Shown: positions 20,543-30,225 of the stretch, in pieces
Layout: each line of letters opens with the position of its first letter
Position numbering within the stretch: the first letter of the stretch is position 1
Assembly (NCBI GenBank): GCA_965223705.1
Contig: OZ245015.1
Coordinates: forward strand, 3,872,001 to 3,936,000
DNA: 64,000 bases
Source of the DNA: Myxococcota bacterium
GTDB taxonomy: Bacteria; Myxococcota_A; UBA9160; UBA6930
Direction: 5' to 3'
The notes under the pieces: model-generated
Databases searched by the model: none
Told to the model about the DNA's origin: nothing
The model's input: the letters and a program-made list of their open reading frames with translations, nothing else
Position numbers and translations under genes: made by a program

Positions 20543-21294
20543 TCTCCGTTTCGCTTGAACATCGGGAACCCCGCCGGCTGGTAGGTCAAGACCAGGGCGC
20601 GCCGCTCCCGATCGCTGCCGTTCGGTGTCGAGCCGTGCACCGCGAACGGATGAAAGAAACAGACGCTTCCGGCGGGTGCGTCGAGTTCGACGGACTCGTG
20701 GGCGGCGACGACATCGGGATGCACGAATAGCGTTCCCAACGCGCCCTCTCCTGCACAGTTTCGAAGCGGCCCGTTTCGGTGGCTGCCGCGCAGAATCCGG
20801 AAGCCGCCGTTGCTTCCGTCGCTCGCATCGAGGAACACGATGGCGTTCGGGAGCCGCTCGAGATGGGGCGACACGTGCGCCCAATAGGGCGCGTCCTGAT
20901 GCCATCGGAATTCCGAGCCGAGTCTCGGGCGTTTCAAGTTGAGCTTGTCCGTAAAGAGCGCCACCGGGCCGCCGACGAGATCGGCCATCGGCTCGACCAA
21001 GCGGGAATCATCCACCAGGGCATCGAGACCCGGGTGGCGGTGGACGACGGGCTCGACGACCCGGAGCCGACTCGGGTTCTCGGGTTCGACCTGAAGCGTC
21101 GCGTCGGGCAAGTCGACGAAATGGTGCCCGTCGATCTCTCGCTGACGGGCTGCGAGATCACCGCCTTCGAGAACCGCAACGACGCTCTCGACCGCGTCGC
21201 GCAAGCGGGCGAGCTCCTCCCCGCCAAAGACCCGGCGCCGCAGGAAGTAGCCCTCGGCTTCGTAGGCTTCCGCCTCGACCGGCTGAAGACGCAC
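20527..21294 (-). CDS. phytanoyl-CoA dioxygenase family (Fe/2OG) protein
   Basis: WHQD, GSH, HGSTPN..R motifs. Confidence 0.88.
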   Translation of the reverse strand: MRLQPVEAEAYEAEGYFLRRRVFGGEELARLRDAVESVVAVLEGGDLAARQREIDGHHFVDLPDATLQVEPENPSRLRVVEPVVHRHPGLDALVDDSRLVEPMADLVGGPVALFTDKLNLKRPRLGSEFRWHQDAPYWAHVSPHLERLPNAIVFLDASDGSNGGFRILRGSHRNGPLRNCAGEGALGTLFVHPDVVAAHESVELDAPAGSVCFFHPFAVHGSTPNGSDRERRALVLTYQPAGFPMFKRNGERPAG

Positions 21295-21421
21295 TAAAAA
21301 AGCCCTGCAAATTCAGCGATATTCGAGATTGACACAAGTTTCACACGCCGGGCCCTACGTCGGGACGAGACCTTCCTACAATGCGCTCGCGATCGCGCGA
21401 ACTCTGGAAGGGCAGATTCAG

Positions 21422-22324
21422 ATGTCTACAGCAGCAGACGTACCGGGCAACATCGAAACCGAAGGTAACGGCGATTTCGGCGCCACCGATGGGTGGCTCA
21501 CGCGGACGAACTATCTCTCCCGCTCGATGTTTTGGGCGATCCAAGCATCGTCGCTCCTCGTGTTCGTCGTCGGCGCACCCATGGAAGCCGTTCTCCTCGG
21601 CGTGGCGACCTACTGCCTTCGTGTCTTCGGAATCACGGGGGTCTACCACCGCTACTTCGCCCACAAGACGTATCGCACGGGCCGGGTGTTCCAGTTTCTG
21701 CTCGCCTTTATCGGCACGGCAGCGACCCAGAAAGGTCCGCTGTGGTGGGCTGGAACCCATCGTCGCCACCACCGCTACAGCGACCTTCCGGGCGACGTGC
21801 ATTCCCCCAAGGACGGCCTCTGGTACTCCCACTGCGGTTGGATCTTCGACGACCGCTGGGGCGGAACCCCGCTCGACCAGATCCGCGACTTCGCGAAGTA
21901 CCCGGAGATCCAGTGGCTCAATCGCTGGCACATCGTGCCGCCGGCCACCCTGGCTCTGTTGTGTTACGCCGTCGGCGGCTTCCCGGGTCTGGTGTGGGGC
22001 TACGCCGTTTCGACGACCCTCCTGTGGCACACGACGTTCAGCGTGAATTCGATTTGCCATCTGATCGGCCGCCGTCGCTATGAAACCAGCGACACAAGCC
22101 GCAACAACTGGCTCATCGCTCTCTTGACCTTCGGCGAGGGCTGGCACAACAACCACCACCACTACATGAGCTCCGCTCGACAGGGTTTCCGCTGGTGGGA
22201 GGTCGACATCACCTACTACATCCTGCGCGGCCTCGCGGCGGTGGGCTTGGTGTGGGACCTGCGCGAGCCGAGCGAAGCGGCGCTCGAAAGAAACCGGATC
22301 GACCGGACGCGCGAAGCGGCCTAG
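21422..22324 (+). CDS. acyl-CoA (delta-9-like) fatty acid desaturase
   Basis: His boxes YHRYFAH, HRRHH, GEGWHNNHH. Confidence 0.93.
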   Translation: MSTAADVPGNIETEGNGDFGATDGWLTRTNYLSRSMFWAIQASSLLVFVVGAPMEAVLLGVATYCLRVFGITGVYHRYFAHKTYRTGRVFQFLLAFIGTAATQKGPLWWAGTHRRHHRYSDLPGDVHSPKDGLWYSHCGWIFDDRWGGTPLDQIRDFAKYPEIQWLNRWHIVPPATLALLCYAVGGFPGLVWGYAVSTTLLWHTTFSVNSICHLIGRRRYETSDTSRNNWLIALLTFGEGWHNNHHHYMSSARQGFRWWEVDITYYILRGLAAVGLVWDLREPSEAALERNRIDRTREAA

Positions 22325-22336
22325 CCTACTGCGGCG

Positions 22337-22705
22337 ATGGCCGACGACGAACTTCTACAGCGAGTCGCGGGTGCGCTTCGCATCGGCAGCTACGGGCGAC
22401 ACATCTTCCTGTGCACGCAGGGCGATTGCGCACCGTCCGAGGCGTGCACGGAATCCTGGAAATTCCTGAAGCGCAGGCTCCGCCAACTCAAACTCTCCGA
22501 GGCGGAAGGCGGTGTGTTCCGAACACAAGCGGCTTGCCTTCGCGTCTGTCGCGAAGGTCCGATCGCCGTTGTGTACCCCGAAGGCACATGGTACGCGCGC
22601 TGCACCCCCGAAGCGCTCGAGCGAATCATCCAAGAACACCTCATCGGGGGAAAGCCCGTCGAAGACCTCCGCTTCGCGGACAACCCGCTCACCGCGCGAG
22701 AGTGA
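22337..22705 (+). CDS. thioredoxin-like (2Fe-2S) ferredoxin
   Basis: HIFLC...[23 protein letters not shown]. Confidence 0.9.
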   Translation: MADDELLQRVAGALRIGSYGRHIFLCTQGDCAPSEACTESWKFLKRRLRQLKLSEAEGGVFRTQAACLRVCREGPIAVVYPEGTWYARCTPEALERIIQEHLIGGKPVEDLRFADNPLTARE

Positions 22706-23529
22706 AGACCGAGATCCTCCGCGGCCGCGACCACCAGGTGCTCGGCGAGATCGCCGCCGTCGGAGAAGGTCCGGCCGCCATCGCGATGTGCATGGGTGGT
22801 GCGTCCAAAACCTACGCCTACACCGATCCCAACGAAGACGTCGCGCTGTACGCGCTCGGAGAAATCGGCTGTCTGGTTGCGGTGGCCGACGGCCATCGCG
22901 GCTTTGAAGCGTCCGAGGTCGCGATCGATCACCTCGCGACGAACCCCGCACCCCAGTGGACGGAGGGAGGCATCGCGGACCCGGGCCGGTGGGAACGCTA
23001 CGTGCTGGCCGTTTTCGCCGACGCGAACGACGACATCCTTCGGGAAGTGCTGAACAGCGAGAAGTCGGGTGCGCGAACGACGCTGGCGTTGGCCCTCGCC
23101 GTGCCGGGAGAAGAGCGTCTCTACTACGCCGCAATCGGCGATAGCCACATTTTCCGCGTATCCGATCGACACGCCGAAGATCTTGCGGTTCGTGAAGACT
23201 CGGACGACGGCGCGTACTTCCTCGGACACGGCGATGAGACGGCGAACAGCCTTCGGGAAAAATGCGAGATCGGAAGCGTGAGCCTGCGGAACACGCGTGC
23301 CGTCATCCTCGCGAGTGACGGGCTGTCGGAGCGGCGCATCGGCGTCGCGAACCCCGAGTCGGCGGTCCTCGAGGCGGTGGACCGGGCGCAACTCGATGAT
23401 CCGGGCATGCGGCCGTTGGCGGCGTGCCGCCGGGTCATCGACGAGGCGATTCACGCACAGGAATCGAACCGCGCGGGCGACAACATCTGCGCGGCGAGCA
23501 TCTGGCTCGGAGCGAGCACCCAAGGCTAG
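22702..23529 (+). CDS. PP2C-family protein phosphatase
   Basis: GTG overlaps the ferredoxin stop; NED, VADGH, IGDS, ASDGL, GDN motifs. Confidence 0.8.
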   Translation: MKTEILRGRDHQVLGEIAAVGEGPAAIAMCMGGASKTYAYTDPNEDVALYALGEIGCLVAVADGHRGFEASEVAIDHLATNPAPQWTEGGIADPGRWERYVLAVFADANDDILREVLNSEKSGARTTLALALAVPGEERLYYAAIGDSHIFRVSDRHAEDLAVREDSDDGAYFLGHGDETANSLREKCEIGSVSLRNTRAVILASDGLSERRIGVANPESAVLEAVDRAQLDDPGMRPLAACRRVIDEAIHAQESNRAGDNICAASIWLGASTQG

Positions 23530-23534
23530 ACGGA

Positions 23535-24647
23535 CTACGCCAGTCGCTCGCCGACCCACCGCGCGATCGCTTCGGCGGCGGTCAGTCCGGGACTCTCGAT
23601 TCCGATCAGGTTGACGAAGCCAGGGAGGCCCCGTTCGGCTTCCTCGCAAACGACGAAGTCCCGAAAGGGCTCTCCCGGCCCGGCGAGCTTCGGACGGAGT
23701 CCTGCGTAATCCGGGGTGAGATCCTCAGCGGACAAACCCGGCACGTAGCGACCTGCGGCATCGGCGAACTCTTTCGCCTTCTCCGGGTCGACTCGCAGAT
23801 CGCGGCTTTCGACGTAGGTCGTGTCGGGTCCCAAACGGACGCGACCGCCGAGGTCCAAAGTGACGTGCACACCGAGCCCGGCTGTACCGTGGAGCGGATA
23901 GACCAAACCCGAAAAACGGGGCGCCGCGCCCGGGCGAAGCGCGAAATAGTCTCCTTTGCAGAGGTGGATCCGGTAGCCCGCGCGATCGATGTCGATTCCG
24001 GCAGCCGCAGCGATGCGATCGCTATCGAGTCCGGCCGCGTTGATGATGCGCTCCGCAGCCAGGCGAACGGGTGTCCCGTCGCGGTCGCTCGCCTCGACGG
24101 CGTAGCCACCGGTGATCTTCCCGATCGTGCGTACGGTCGTTCCGAGCGCGAGGGTTGCACCGTGCGCTTCCGCTTCCGCGAGCCAGCTCGTACAGAGAGC
24201 GTGGGCGTCGACGATCCCCGTGCTCGGAGAGTGGAGCGCTGCCGCGCCGCGGACGCTGGGCTCGCGCCTCGAAAGCTCGGTCGCCGAGAGCGGCACCAAG
24301 TCGTGCACGCCGCTCGCTTCCGCGTTCTGCGCCAGTTGTTCGAGGCGATCCCGCTCGGCGTCGGTCGTCGCGACGACGGTTTTACCGAGCCTCTGGTGTG
24401 GAATGCGATGCGTCGCGCACCGAGCGTACAGTCGTTCGCGGCCTTCGATGCAGAACCGAGCTTTCAGCGAATCCGGCGGGTAGTAGAGGCCCGCGTGGAT
24501 CACCTCGCTGTTTCGGCTCGTCGTTTCGCGCCCGATGCCGCCGTGCCGTTCGGCGATGATGACCGATTGGCCTCGGCGCGCGAGGTCCGCCGCGCAGGCG
24601 AGTCCCAGGGCTCCCGCGCCGATGACGACGATATCGACGTCTAAAAT
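23535..24647 (-). CDS. FAD-dependent oxidoreductase (L-2-hydroxyglutarate oxidase-like), probable ATT start
   Basis: Frame extends past the listed start to DVDIVVIGAGALG..ETTSRNSEVIHAGLYY; GIESPGLTA near the C-terminus. Confidence 0.85.
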   Translation of the reverse strand: MLDVDIVVIGAGALGLACAADLARRGQSVIIAERHGGIGRETTSRNSEVIHAGLYYPPDSLKARFCIEGRERLYARCATHRIPHQRLGKTVVATTDAERDRLEQLAQNAEASGVHDLVPLSATELSRREPSVRGAAALHSPSTGIVDAHALCTSWLAEAEAHGATLALGTTVRTIGKITGGYAVEASDRDGTPVRLAAERIINAAGLDSDRIAAAAGIDIDRAGYRIHLCKGDYFALRPGAAPRFSGLVYPLHGTAGLGVHVTLDLGGRVRLGPDTTYVESRDLRVDPEKAKEFADAAGRYVPGLSAEDLTPDYAGLRPKLAGPGEPFRDFVVCEEAERGLPGFVNLIGIESPGLTAAEAIARWVGERLA

Positions 24648-25579
24648 GGCGCCTTTCCGAAAGCGCGCTCGTAGCGCGCGCGGATCGCTTCGAGATCGGC
24701 GTCGATCGTTTGGGTTCCAGCGCGCTCGACCATGAACGAGCCCATCACGCTACCCAGTTGGCCGGCGACCTCGAGCGACAAGCCCTTCTCGAGCGCAAAC
24801 AAGTAGCCCGCCCGAAACGAATCGCCGCAACCGGTGGGATCGACGACTTCGTCCGCCTTGACGCTCGGGATCGAAAGCGTCTGACCCTCGGAACGGATGC
24901 GCGCCCCCTGCTCTCCGAGCGTCACGATCAAGGTGGTCACCCGCGACGCGATCTCGTCTTCGGAAAGACCGGTGGTGTTTTGCGTCATCTCCCACTCGTA
25001 GTCGTTCACGATGTACGTCGACGCACCGGTCAATAGCTCGGTGAGCTCGGATCGATCGAACAACGGCAGTCCCTGGCCGGGATCGATCACCGTGTGCGCG
25101 CCACGCGCTTTGAGCTCGCGCGCGTAGTCGACCATGGCCTGCTTGCCGTTCGGAGCGACGATGCCGTAGTCAAACGAAGCATCGATCTCATCGAGCCGCA
25201 CTTCGTGCGCGCGGTCCATCGCACCGGGGTGGAACCCGATGATCTGATTGTCGTCGAGATCGGTCGTGATGTACGCGCCGGCCGTCGCTTCATCCGCGAG
25301 CTCCCGGATGTAGTCGCGGCGGATCCCCTGCTTGTCGAGCCACTCGGCGTAGGCTCCGAAATCGTTTCCTACGGTTGCCGCGACGAGGGGCTCCCCGCCG
25401 AGACGTCGCAAGCAGAACGCGATGTTCGCGGCGCAACCGCCAAAGGTTTTGCGCAAGGTCGGTACGTGGAAAGCCACGTTCAGCATATGGATCTTGTCGG
25501 GCAGGATGATGTCCCGAAAGCGCCCGCCAAAGACCATGATGTGATCGACCGCGACCGATCCAGTGACCAAAATCGACAT
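24641..25579 (-). CDS. PfkB-family carbohydrate kinase (adenosine kinase-like)
   Basis: GGCAANIA, DPGQ, VNDYE, DPTGCGDSFRAG. Confidence 0.9.
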   Translation of the reverse strand: MSILVTGSVAVDHIMVFGGRFRDIILPDKIHMLNVAFHVPTLRKTFGGCAANIAFCLRRLGGEPLVAATVGNDFGAYAEWLDKQGIRRDYIRELADEATAGAYITTDLDDNQIIGFHPGAMDRAHEVRLDEIDASFDYGIVAPNGKQAMVDYARELKARGAHTVIDPGQGLPLFDRSELTELLTGASTYIVNDYEWEMTQNTTGLSEDEIASRVTTLIVTLGEQGARIRSEGQTLSIPSVKADEVVDPTGCGDSFRAGYLFALEKGLSLEVAGQLGSVMGSFMVERAGTQTIDADLEAIRARYERAFGKAPF

Positions 25580-25680
25580 GAGTCAGGTTCCTCCGCGGTC
25601 GCAGTCTATAGTGCCTCTCGTCTCCGCGCCGCCGAGCCCTTGTGCCCTGCGCGTTTGCACGGCAATGTCGGCGCGTGCCG

Positions 25681-26319
25681 ATGGACAAACCGCTACGTGT
25701 CGCTGTGCTCTTGTCCGGCGAGGGCACTAGCTTCGAAAATCTGGCCGAGAGAATCGACGCGGGGGAAGTCCCCGCCGAGATCGCGGTAGTGGTGGCTTCA
25801 CGCAAGAGCGCCGGCGGCTTGGCGCGCGCGGAGCGCCGGGGCATTCCGGCGGTCGCCGTCGCGCGTAGATCGCATCCCGACATCACGTCGTTCAACGACG
25901 CGATCCACGCGGTCCTGCGCAAACACGAAACCGAGTTCGTCGCGCTGCTGGGCTTCCTCTCCCCTTTTGAGCCTCGCGAGGCGTTCGCCGGAAGAGTGAT
26001 GAACGTGCATCCCGCTCTCATCCCCGCGTTTTCGGGTCAGGGATTCTACGGTCGGCGGGTTCACGAAGCAGTCCTCGAACGAGGCTGCCGTGTGACGGGG
26101 GCCACGGTTCATTTCGTCGACGACGAATACGACCACGGACCGATCGTGCTGCAGGAAGCGGTACCGGTGCTCGACGACGACACCCCGGAACAACTCGCAG
26201 CCCGGGTGCAGACGGCCGAACGCAGGCTGGTCCCGGAAGCGATCCGGCTCTACGCGACCGGCCGGCTCCGTCTCGAAGGCCGGCGCGTCAAGATCGTCAC
26301 CGGAGTGGACGATAGTTGA
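25681..26319 (+). CDS. purN: phosphoribosylglycinamide formyltransferase
   Basis: VLLSGEGT, NVHPALIP, GATVHFVD..YDHGPI. Confidence 0.95.
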   Translation: MDKPLRVAVLLSGEGTSFENLAERIDAGEVPAEIAVVVASRKSAGGLARAERRGIPAVAVARRSHPDITSFNDAIHAVLRKHETEFVALLGFLSPFEPREAFAGRVMNVHPALIPAFSGQGFYGRRVHEAVLERGCRVTGATVHFVDDEYDHGPIVLQEAVPVLDDDTPEQLAARVQTAERRLVPEAIRLYATGRLRLEGRRVKIVTGVDDS

Positions 26320-26323
26320 GGGC

Positions 26324-26890
26324 ATGAAGGCCCGTTTCTCTTCGCTCACTTGCGCGCTTCTTCTCTCGGCCGCCGCGAACGTCGCTCATGCCGAAGCCGA
26401 AGATCGGCGTGCGCTTCCGCGATGGCTCTCGGAAATTCGTTTCGCCGTGCTCTCTCATGACGTCGACGACCTGTGGAGCGGAGACCGTCGTGAAGGCGGA
26501 ATCGATTGGAACGCCGAAGTGATTTTCCATCGCGAGGGCTGGTCTCTCCTCGGCGGCTCTGTCCGTCCCCAACTCGGCGTGTCCGTCAACGATCAAGGCG
26601 ATACGAGCAAGGCATACGCGGGGCTCTTGTGGGAGATCGAAGCGTCTTGGGGCGGTTTCTTCGCCACCGGCGTCGGCGCGGCGCTCCACAACGGCGAACT
26701 CGACACCGATGACCCGGACCGCAAAGAACTCGGCTCGCGGGTGCTCTTCCGCATCCCGATCGAGCTCGGCGTGCGCATCGGAGAGCACCATCGGCTAGCG
26801 ATCGCGTTCGACCACGTCTCGAACGCAAACCTCGCAAACGAAAACGAGGGCCTCGACACCCTGGGCCTGCGCTACGGCTATAAATTCTAG
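26324..26890 (+). CDS. acyloxyacyl hydrolase / PagL-like lipid A deacylase beta-barrel
   Basis: Signal peptide, LGSRVLFR, HVSNA...NEGLD, C-terminal Y-x-F outer-membrane signature. Confidence 0.8.
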   Translation: MKARFSSLTCALLLSAAANVAHAEAEDRRALPRWLSEIRFAVLSHDVDDLWSGDRREGGIDWNAEVIFHREGWSLLGGSVRPQLGVSVNDQGDTSKAYAGLLWEIEASWGGFFATGVGAALHNGELDTDDPDRKELGSRVLFRIPIELGVRIGEHHRLAIAFDHVSNANLANENEGLDTLGLRYGYKF

Positions 26891-26928
26891 TGGTCTGTCC
26901 TTGGAGGTCCCGGCGCGGCAAAGCCACG

Positions 26929-27109
26929 CCACCCCCACTCCGCTCGCGTCCTTCGCAGGGGAACTGCGAAGGCGCTCGCTGCGCGCGTTCGTTCGCGCTT
27001 CGCACTCACCCCGCTTGCCTGGGTGCTCGCTATAGCACCACGCAAGCGCGACGAGTGCGAAGCACGAGGAGCGCGCGCAGCGAGGCGTAGCCGAGCGAAG
27101 CAGGGTGGG
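26929..27109. repeat. long imperfect inverted repeat (REP/MITE-like or sRNA)
   Basis: Stacked stems of 13, 11, 7 and 6 bp within 26975-27084, plus a side hairpin at 26950-26972. Confidence 0.6.
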
Positions 27110-27125
27110 TCAGCTCTGCTGACCC
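27107..27125. terminator. hairpin just downstream of gloA
   Basis: GGGTCAGC-TCT-GCTGACCC. Confidence 0.4.
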
Positions 27126-27131
27126 GGGACC

Positions 27132-27512
27132 CTAATGTTGTATTAACTCGACCATGTAGCCGGTGGGGTCTTCGACGAAGGCGATCACCGTCGATCCGTG
27201 CTTCATCGGGCCGGGCTCGCGCTTGATATTGACACCTTCCTTGCGCAGCTGTTCGCAGGTTCCGTAGATGTCGTCGCAGCCGATCGCGATGTGGCCGTAG
27301 GCATCGCCCAGCTCGTAATCGCTCTGGCCCCAGTTGTGAGTGAATTCGAGGACGGTGTGATCCTTCTCGTCGCCGTAACCGACAAAGGCGAGCGTAAACT
27401 CGCCACCGGGAAAATCCTGCTTGCGCAGGAGCTTCATCCCGAAATGTTCGGTGTAGAAACGAATGGACTCGTCCATGTCTTTGACGCGGAGCATGGTGTG
27501 AAGAAGTTGCAT
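27132..27512 (-). CDS. gloA: lactoylglutathione lyase (glyoxalase I)
   Basis: LLHTMLRV, LEFTHNW, YGHIAI, REPGPMK, DPTGY.VELI. Confidence 0.96.
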   Translation of the reverse strand: MQLLHTMLRVKDMDESIRFYTEHFGMKLLRKQDFPGGEFTLAFVGYGDEKDHTVLEFTHNWGQSDYELGDAYGHIAIGCDDIYGTCEQLRKEGVNIKREPGPMKHGSTVIAFVEDPTGYMVELIQH

Positions 27513-27562
27513 GGAGCTAGAGTAACCCGTCTGGTTTCCGTTGTGGGGCGTTAGGAGCGACG

Positions 27563-27862
27563 ATGTTCATCGCGATGAATCATTTCCGAGTAGATCCCGA
27601 ACGCGGGGCGGAATTCGAGGACGTTTGGCGGAAGCGGGACAGCCACCTCGACGAGGTGCCGGGGTTCGTGCGCTTCGCCCTGCTCCGGGGCGACGAGCCC
27701 GGGAGGTATGTCTCGCACTCCACCTGGAAGGATCGGGCGGCGTTCGAAGCCTGGACGCAGTCGGAGGCGTTCAAGAAGGCCCATGCCGGGGCTCGGATGC
27801 CGAAAGGATTGCTTCTCGGGCACCCGGAAGTCCGGACCTACGAGGCCGTTCTCGAGGCCTGA
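27563..27862 (+). CDS. antibiotic biosynthesis monooxygenase family protein (heme-degrading-like)
   Basis: MFIAMN.FRV, FE..W..R, WTQSEAF..AH; AGGAG SD. Confidence 0.85.
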   Translation: MFIAMNHFRVDPERGAEFEDVWRKRDSHLDEVPGFVRFALLRGDEPGRYVSHSTWKDRAAFEAWTQSEAFKKAHAGARMPKGLLLGHPEVRTYEAVLEA

Positions 27863-27888
27863 GGGGTGGGGCCGACCGTAAACATCGG

Positions 27889-27917
27889 TTGACAAAAAGC
27901 GAAAATAAGACGAAAGT
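27889..27917 (+). promoter_or_regulatory. sigma70 promoter with embedded candidate SOS operator (27899-27915)
   Basis: TTGACA-17 bp-GAAAGT; contains GCGAAAATAAGACGAAA, shared with the dnaE2 promoter. Confidence 0.65.
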
Positions 27918-27926
27918 CCGGCGATT

Positions 27927-28673
27927 GTGTCGGACATCGCCCCCCAACCCGCCCGCGGCGAAGCCGCGATCGATGAGCGCGTCGACGTGCTCTTACGCGA
28001 GCTCCGCGCCCAGGGGATCGACGGCGTCTCCCGCGCCCCGCGCCTCCACGAGCCGCGTCGAAGGGGCGCGGCGCTCCCCGCGCTGCTCGAGCACGGTTTC
28101 CCGCGCAGCCTTCTCTCCGAAGTCACCGGCCCTCTCTCTTCGGGGCGCACGTCTTTTGTCCTCGCGCTCCTCTCGCGCACGACACAAGCGGGAGAATGGG
28201 TTGCTTGGGTCGAAGTTTCCGATGCCTTCGACCCCGCATCTGCAGCGGCTGCGGGCGTCGTTCTCGAACGCGTGTTGTGGGTGCGGGCACCGAGCCTTAA
28301 AAAATCCTTACGAGCCGCGGAGCGCATCCTCGAAGCGAGGGGGTTCGCTTCGGTCATCCTCGACCTCGGGGCGACTCCCGGTCGCAGCAAGCGCCCTTCT
28401 GTCGTCGTTCCCCAGGCGGCCTGGCCGCGCTTGCGCAAACGCGCCGTAGAAGGCGAAAGCGCCTTCGTCACTCTCAGCACGCACCGTGTAGCCAACAGCT
28501 TCGCCGACTTGGCGTTCGAGTTGGGCGAAACCCGCCCCTGCTTCCGCGGTGTTCCCGCTTTCTTCACCGGCCTAGAGGGCGAAGTCGTCGTCGCCCGCGA
28601 TCGCACCGGACACGGCCCGCAAAGTGCTCTTTGGAAAACCGAAGGCGGCCGCGTCGAGATCCGCGCAGCGTGA
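27927..28673 (+). CDS. imuA: ImuA-like RecA-fold mutasome protein
   Basis: LSEVTG..SSGRTS degenerate Walker A, AFDP.SAA.AGV.LERVLWVR; directly upstream of imuB. Confidence 0.8.
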   Translation: MSDIAPQPARGEAAIDERVDVLLRELRAQGIDGVSRAPRLHEPRRRGAALPALLEHGFPRSLLSEVTGPLSSGRTSFVLALLSRTTQAGEWVAWVEVSDAFDPASAAAAGVVLERVLWVRAPSLKKSLRAAERILEARGFASVILDLGATPGRSKRPSVVVPQAAWPRLRKRAVEGESAFVTLSTHRVANSFADLAFELGETRPCFRGVPAFFTGLEGEVVVARDRTGHGPQSALWKTEGGRVEIRAA

Positions 28674-28695
28674 AGCCCGCGTAGCGGAAAATCTC

Positions 28696-30225
28696 ATGCG
28701 TCGCATCGCGTGTCTCCTCGTTCCCGAACTTCCCCTCGCCGCGCTGCTTCGAACGCATCCTGAACTCGAAGGCACAGCCTTCGCGGTCGCTACGGCGCCC
28801 GGTGCGCGTGCGGAAATTCTCGCGGCCTCTCCCCATGCGCGGCGACAAGGCGTGCGCCCGTTTCAGACGGCGGCGCAAGCGCGCGCGGCGTGCGCCGACT
28901 TGGTGATCCGCGAAGTCTCCGAAGCCGCTTCCCGCGCGGCGCGGGAAGCGCTTCTCGACGTCGCTCTTTCAACGTCTCCTCGAGCGGCTCCTGGACCTCT
29001 TCACTCCGGCGTGTATGCCGCCGAAGCGACGGTCTTCGTCGATGCCGAAGGTTGCGGAACGCTTTTTCAAAGCGAGCGCGGTCTGGCGAGCGCTCTCGCC
29101 GAACGCGCGCGTCGCTTGGGCGTGCCCGCTGTGGTCGCGATCGCGAGCAGTCGGGCTGTCGCGCACCTCGCCGCGCGGGAACTCGGCCGCGGCGAACCGG
29201 GAGAGATCCTCGTCATACAAGCGGGGGACGAAGCGGAGTACGTCGCTCCCCTGTCTTTCGACCTACTCGATCTCGAGGATGAGCTCGCCGATCGTTTGAC
29301 GCGCTTTGGGCTGCGCTGTCTCGGAGACTTAGCGCGTCTTCCGGAAAACGAAATCGCGACGCGTTTGGGATCGGGTGCAGCGGCGATCCTCGACCTCGCC
29401 CACGGACGCAAGTCCGATCCACGTCCACCGCTCGCGATGTCTACACAGTTTGAAGAATCCACGGAGCTCGATGTCGCCGTCGACCGACTCGAGCCGTTGA
29501 TCTTTGTTCTGCGCGGCATGGTTTCCCGGTTGACCTCGAGATTGCGCTGCCGCCAGCTCGCGTGCGGAGATCTCGCTCTCGAGCTCCGACTCGAAGGTGG
29601 GCAACGCGAAGCTCGGCGCGTCGGTGTCGCCGCGGCGACTTTAGACACGCGTGTCCTCCTTCGGCTCGTCGCGCTCAGCCTGGAGGCTCGCCCACCCTGC
29701 GCGCCGATCGAGTTCGTATCGCTTCAAACCGAAGGCCGCGCGCCGCGAGCGGATCAGCTGGATTTTTTTCGGCCCGCCGGCCCCGCGCCACGCGTTTTTT
29801 CACAAACCGTCGCCGAACTCGAAGCGCTCTGCGGCGTAGGTCGCGTCGGTGCCCCCGCATTGGCCGATGATCATCGGCCCGACAGCTACCGCTTGCGCAA
29901 GCTACAAAACGACAAGGCGACAGCGGCGACTCCACAGAACGACAAGGCGACTTGTACTGCGATCCCTGTTGTACGGGCCTTGCGACCGCCCGTGCGGGCC
30001 GAAGTGTACGCACCCCACGGCTCTCCGGAACGCCTGCGCAGCGCGGTGGCCAACGGAGACGTCCTGCACTGCGCCGGTCCCTGGCGCACGACGGGCGCTT
30101 GGTGGTCCGAGGAAGAACGTTTCGCCTTCGATCATTTCGACGTGGCTACGAGCGACGGGCACGTCCTCCGGCTCCGCCGCGATTTGATCCGAGCTCTCTG
30201 GGAAATCGATGCGGTCTACGATTGA
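28696..30225 (+). CDS. imuB: ImuB-like inactive Y-family polymerase
   Basis: RIACL..P..PL N-terminus without catalytic acidic motif, clamp-binding QLDFF, C-terminal GPWR..G.WW..D.FD...YD. Confidence 0.85.
   Translation: MRRIACLLVPELPLAALLRTHPELEGTAFAVATAPGARAEILAASPHARRQGVRPFQTAAQARAACADLVIREVSEAASRAAREALLDVALSTSPRAAPGPLHSGVYAAEATVFVDAEGCGTLFQSERGLASALAERARRLGVPAVVAIASSRAVAHLAARELGRGEPGEILVIQAGDEAEYVAPLSFDLLDLEDELADRLTRFGLRCLGDLARLPENEIATRLGSGAAAILDLAHGRKSDPRPPLAMSTQFEESTELDVAVDRLEPLIFVLRGMVSRLTSRLRCRQLACGDLALELRLEGGQREARRVGVAAATLDTRVLLRLVALSLEARPPCAPIEFVSLQTEGRAPRADQLDFFRPAGPAPRVFSQTVAELEALCGVGRVGAPALADDHRPDSYRLRKLQNDKATAATPQNDKATCTAIPVVRALRPPVRAEVYAPHGSPERLRSAVANGDVLHCAGPWRTTGAWWSEEERFAFDHFDVATSDGHVLRLRRDLIRALWEIDAVYD

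Noticed and set aside
21329..21421. TTG start and N-terminal extension of the desaturase
   Set aside because: TTGACA here looks more like a promoter element, and ATG 21422 gives a normal-length protein; no well-spaced -10 was found, so no promoter is called
23535..24503. Oxidoreductase as a truncated pseudogene
   Set aside because: The reading frame is intact through the full FAD-binding N-terminus; only a canonical start is missing
27032..27042. 11-nt match ATAGCACCACG with the minus strand near 63764-63774
   Set aside because: Too short and without flanking similarity; expected by chance in 64 kb
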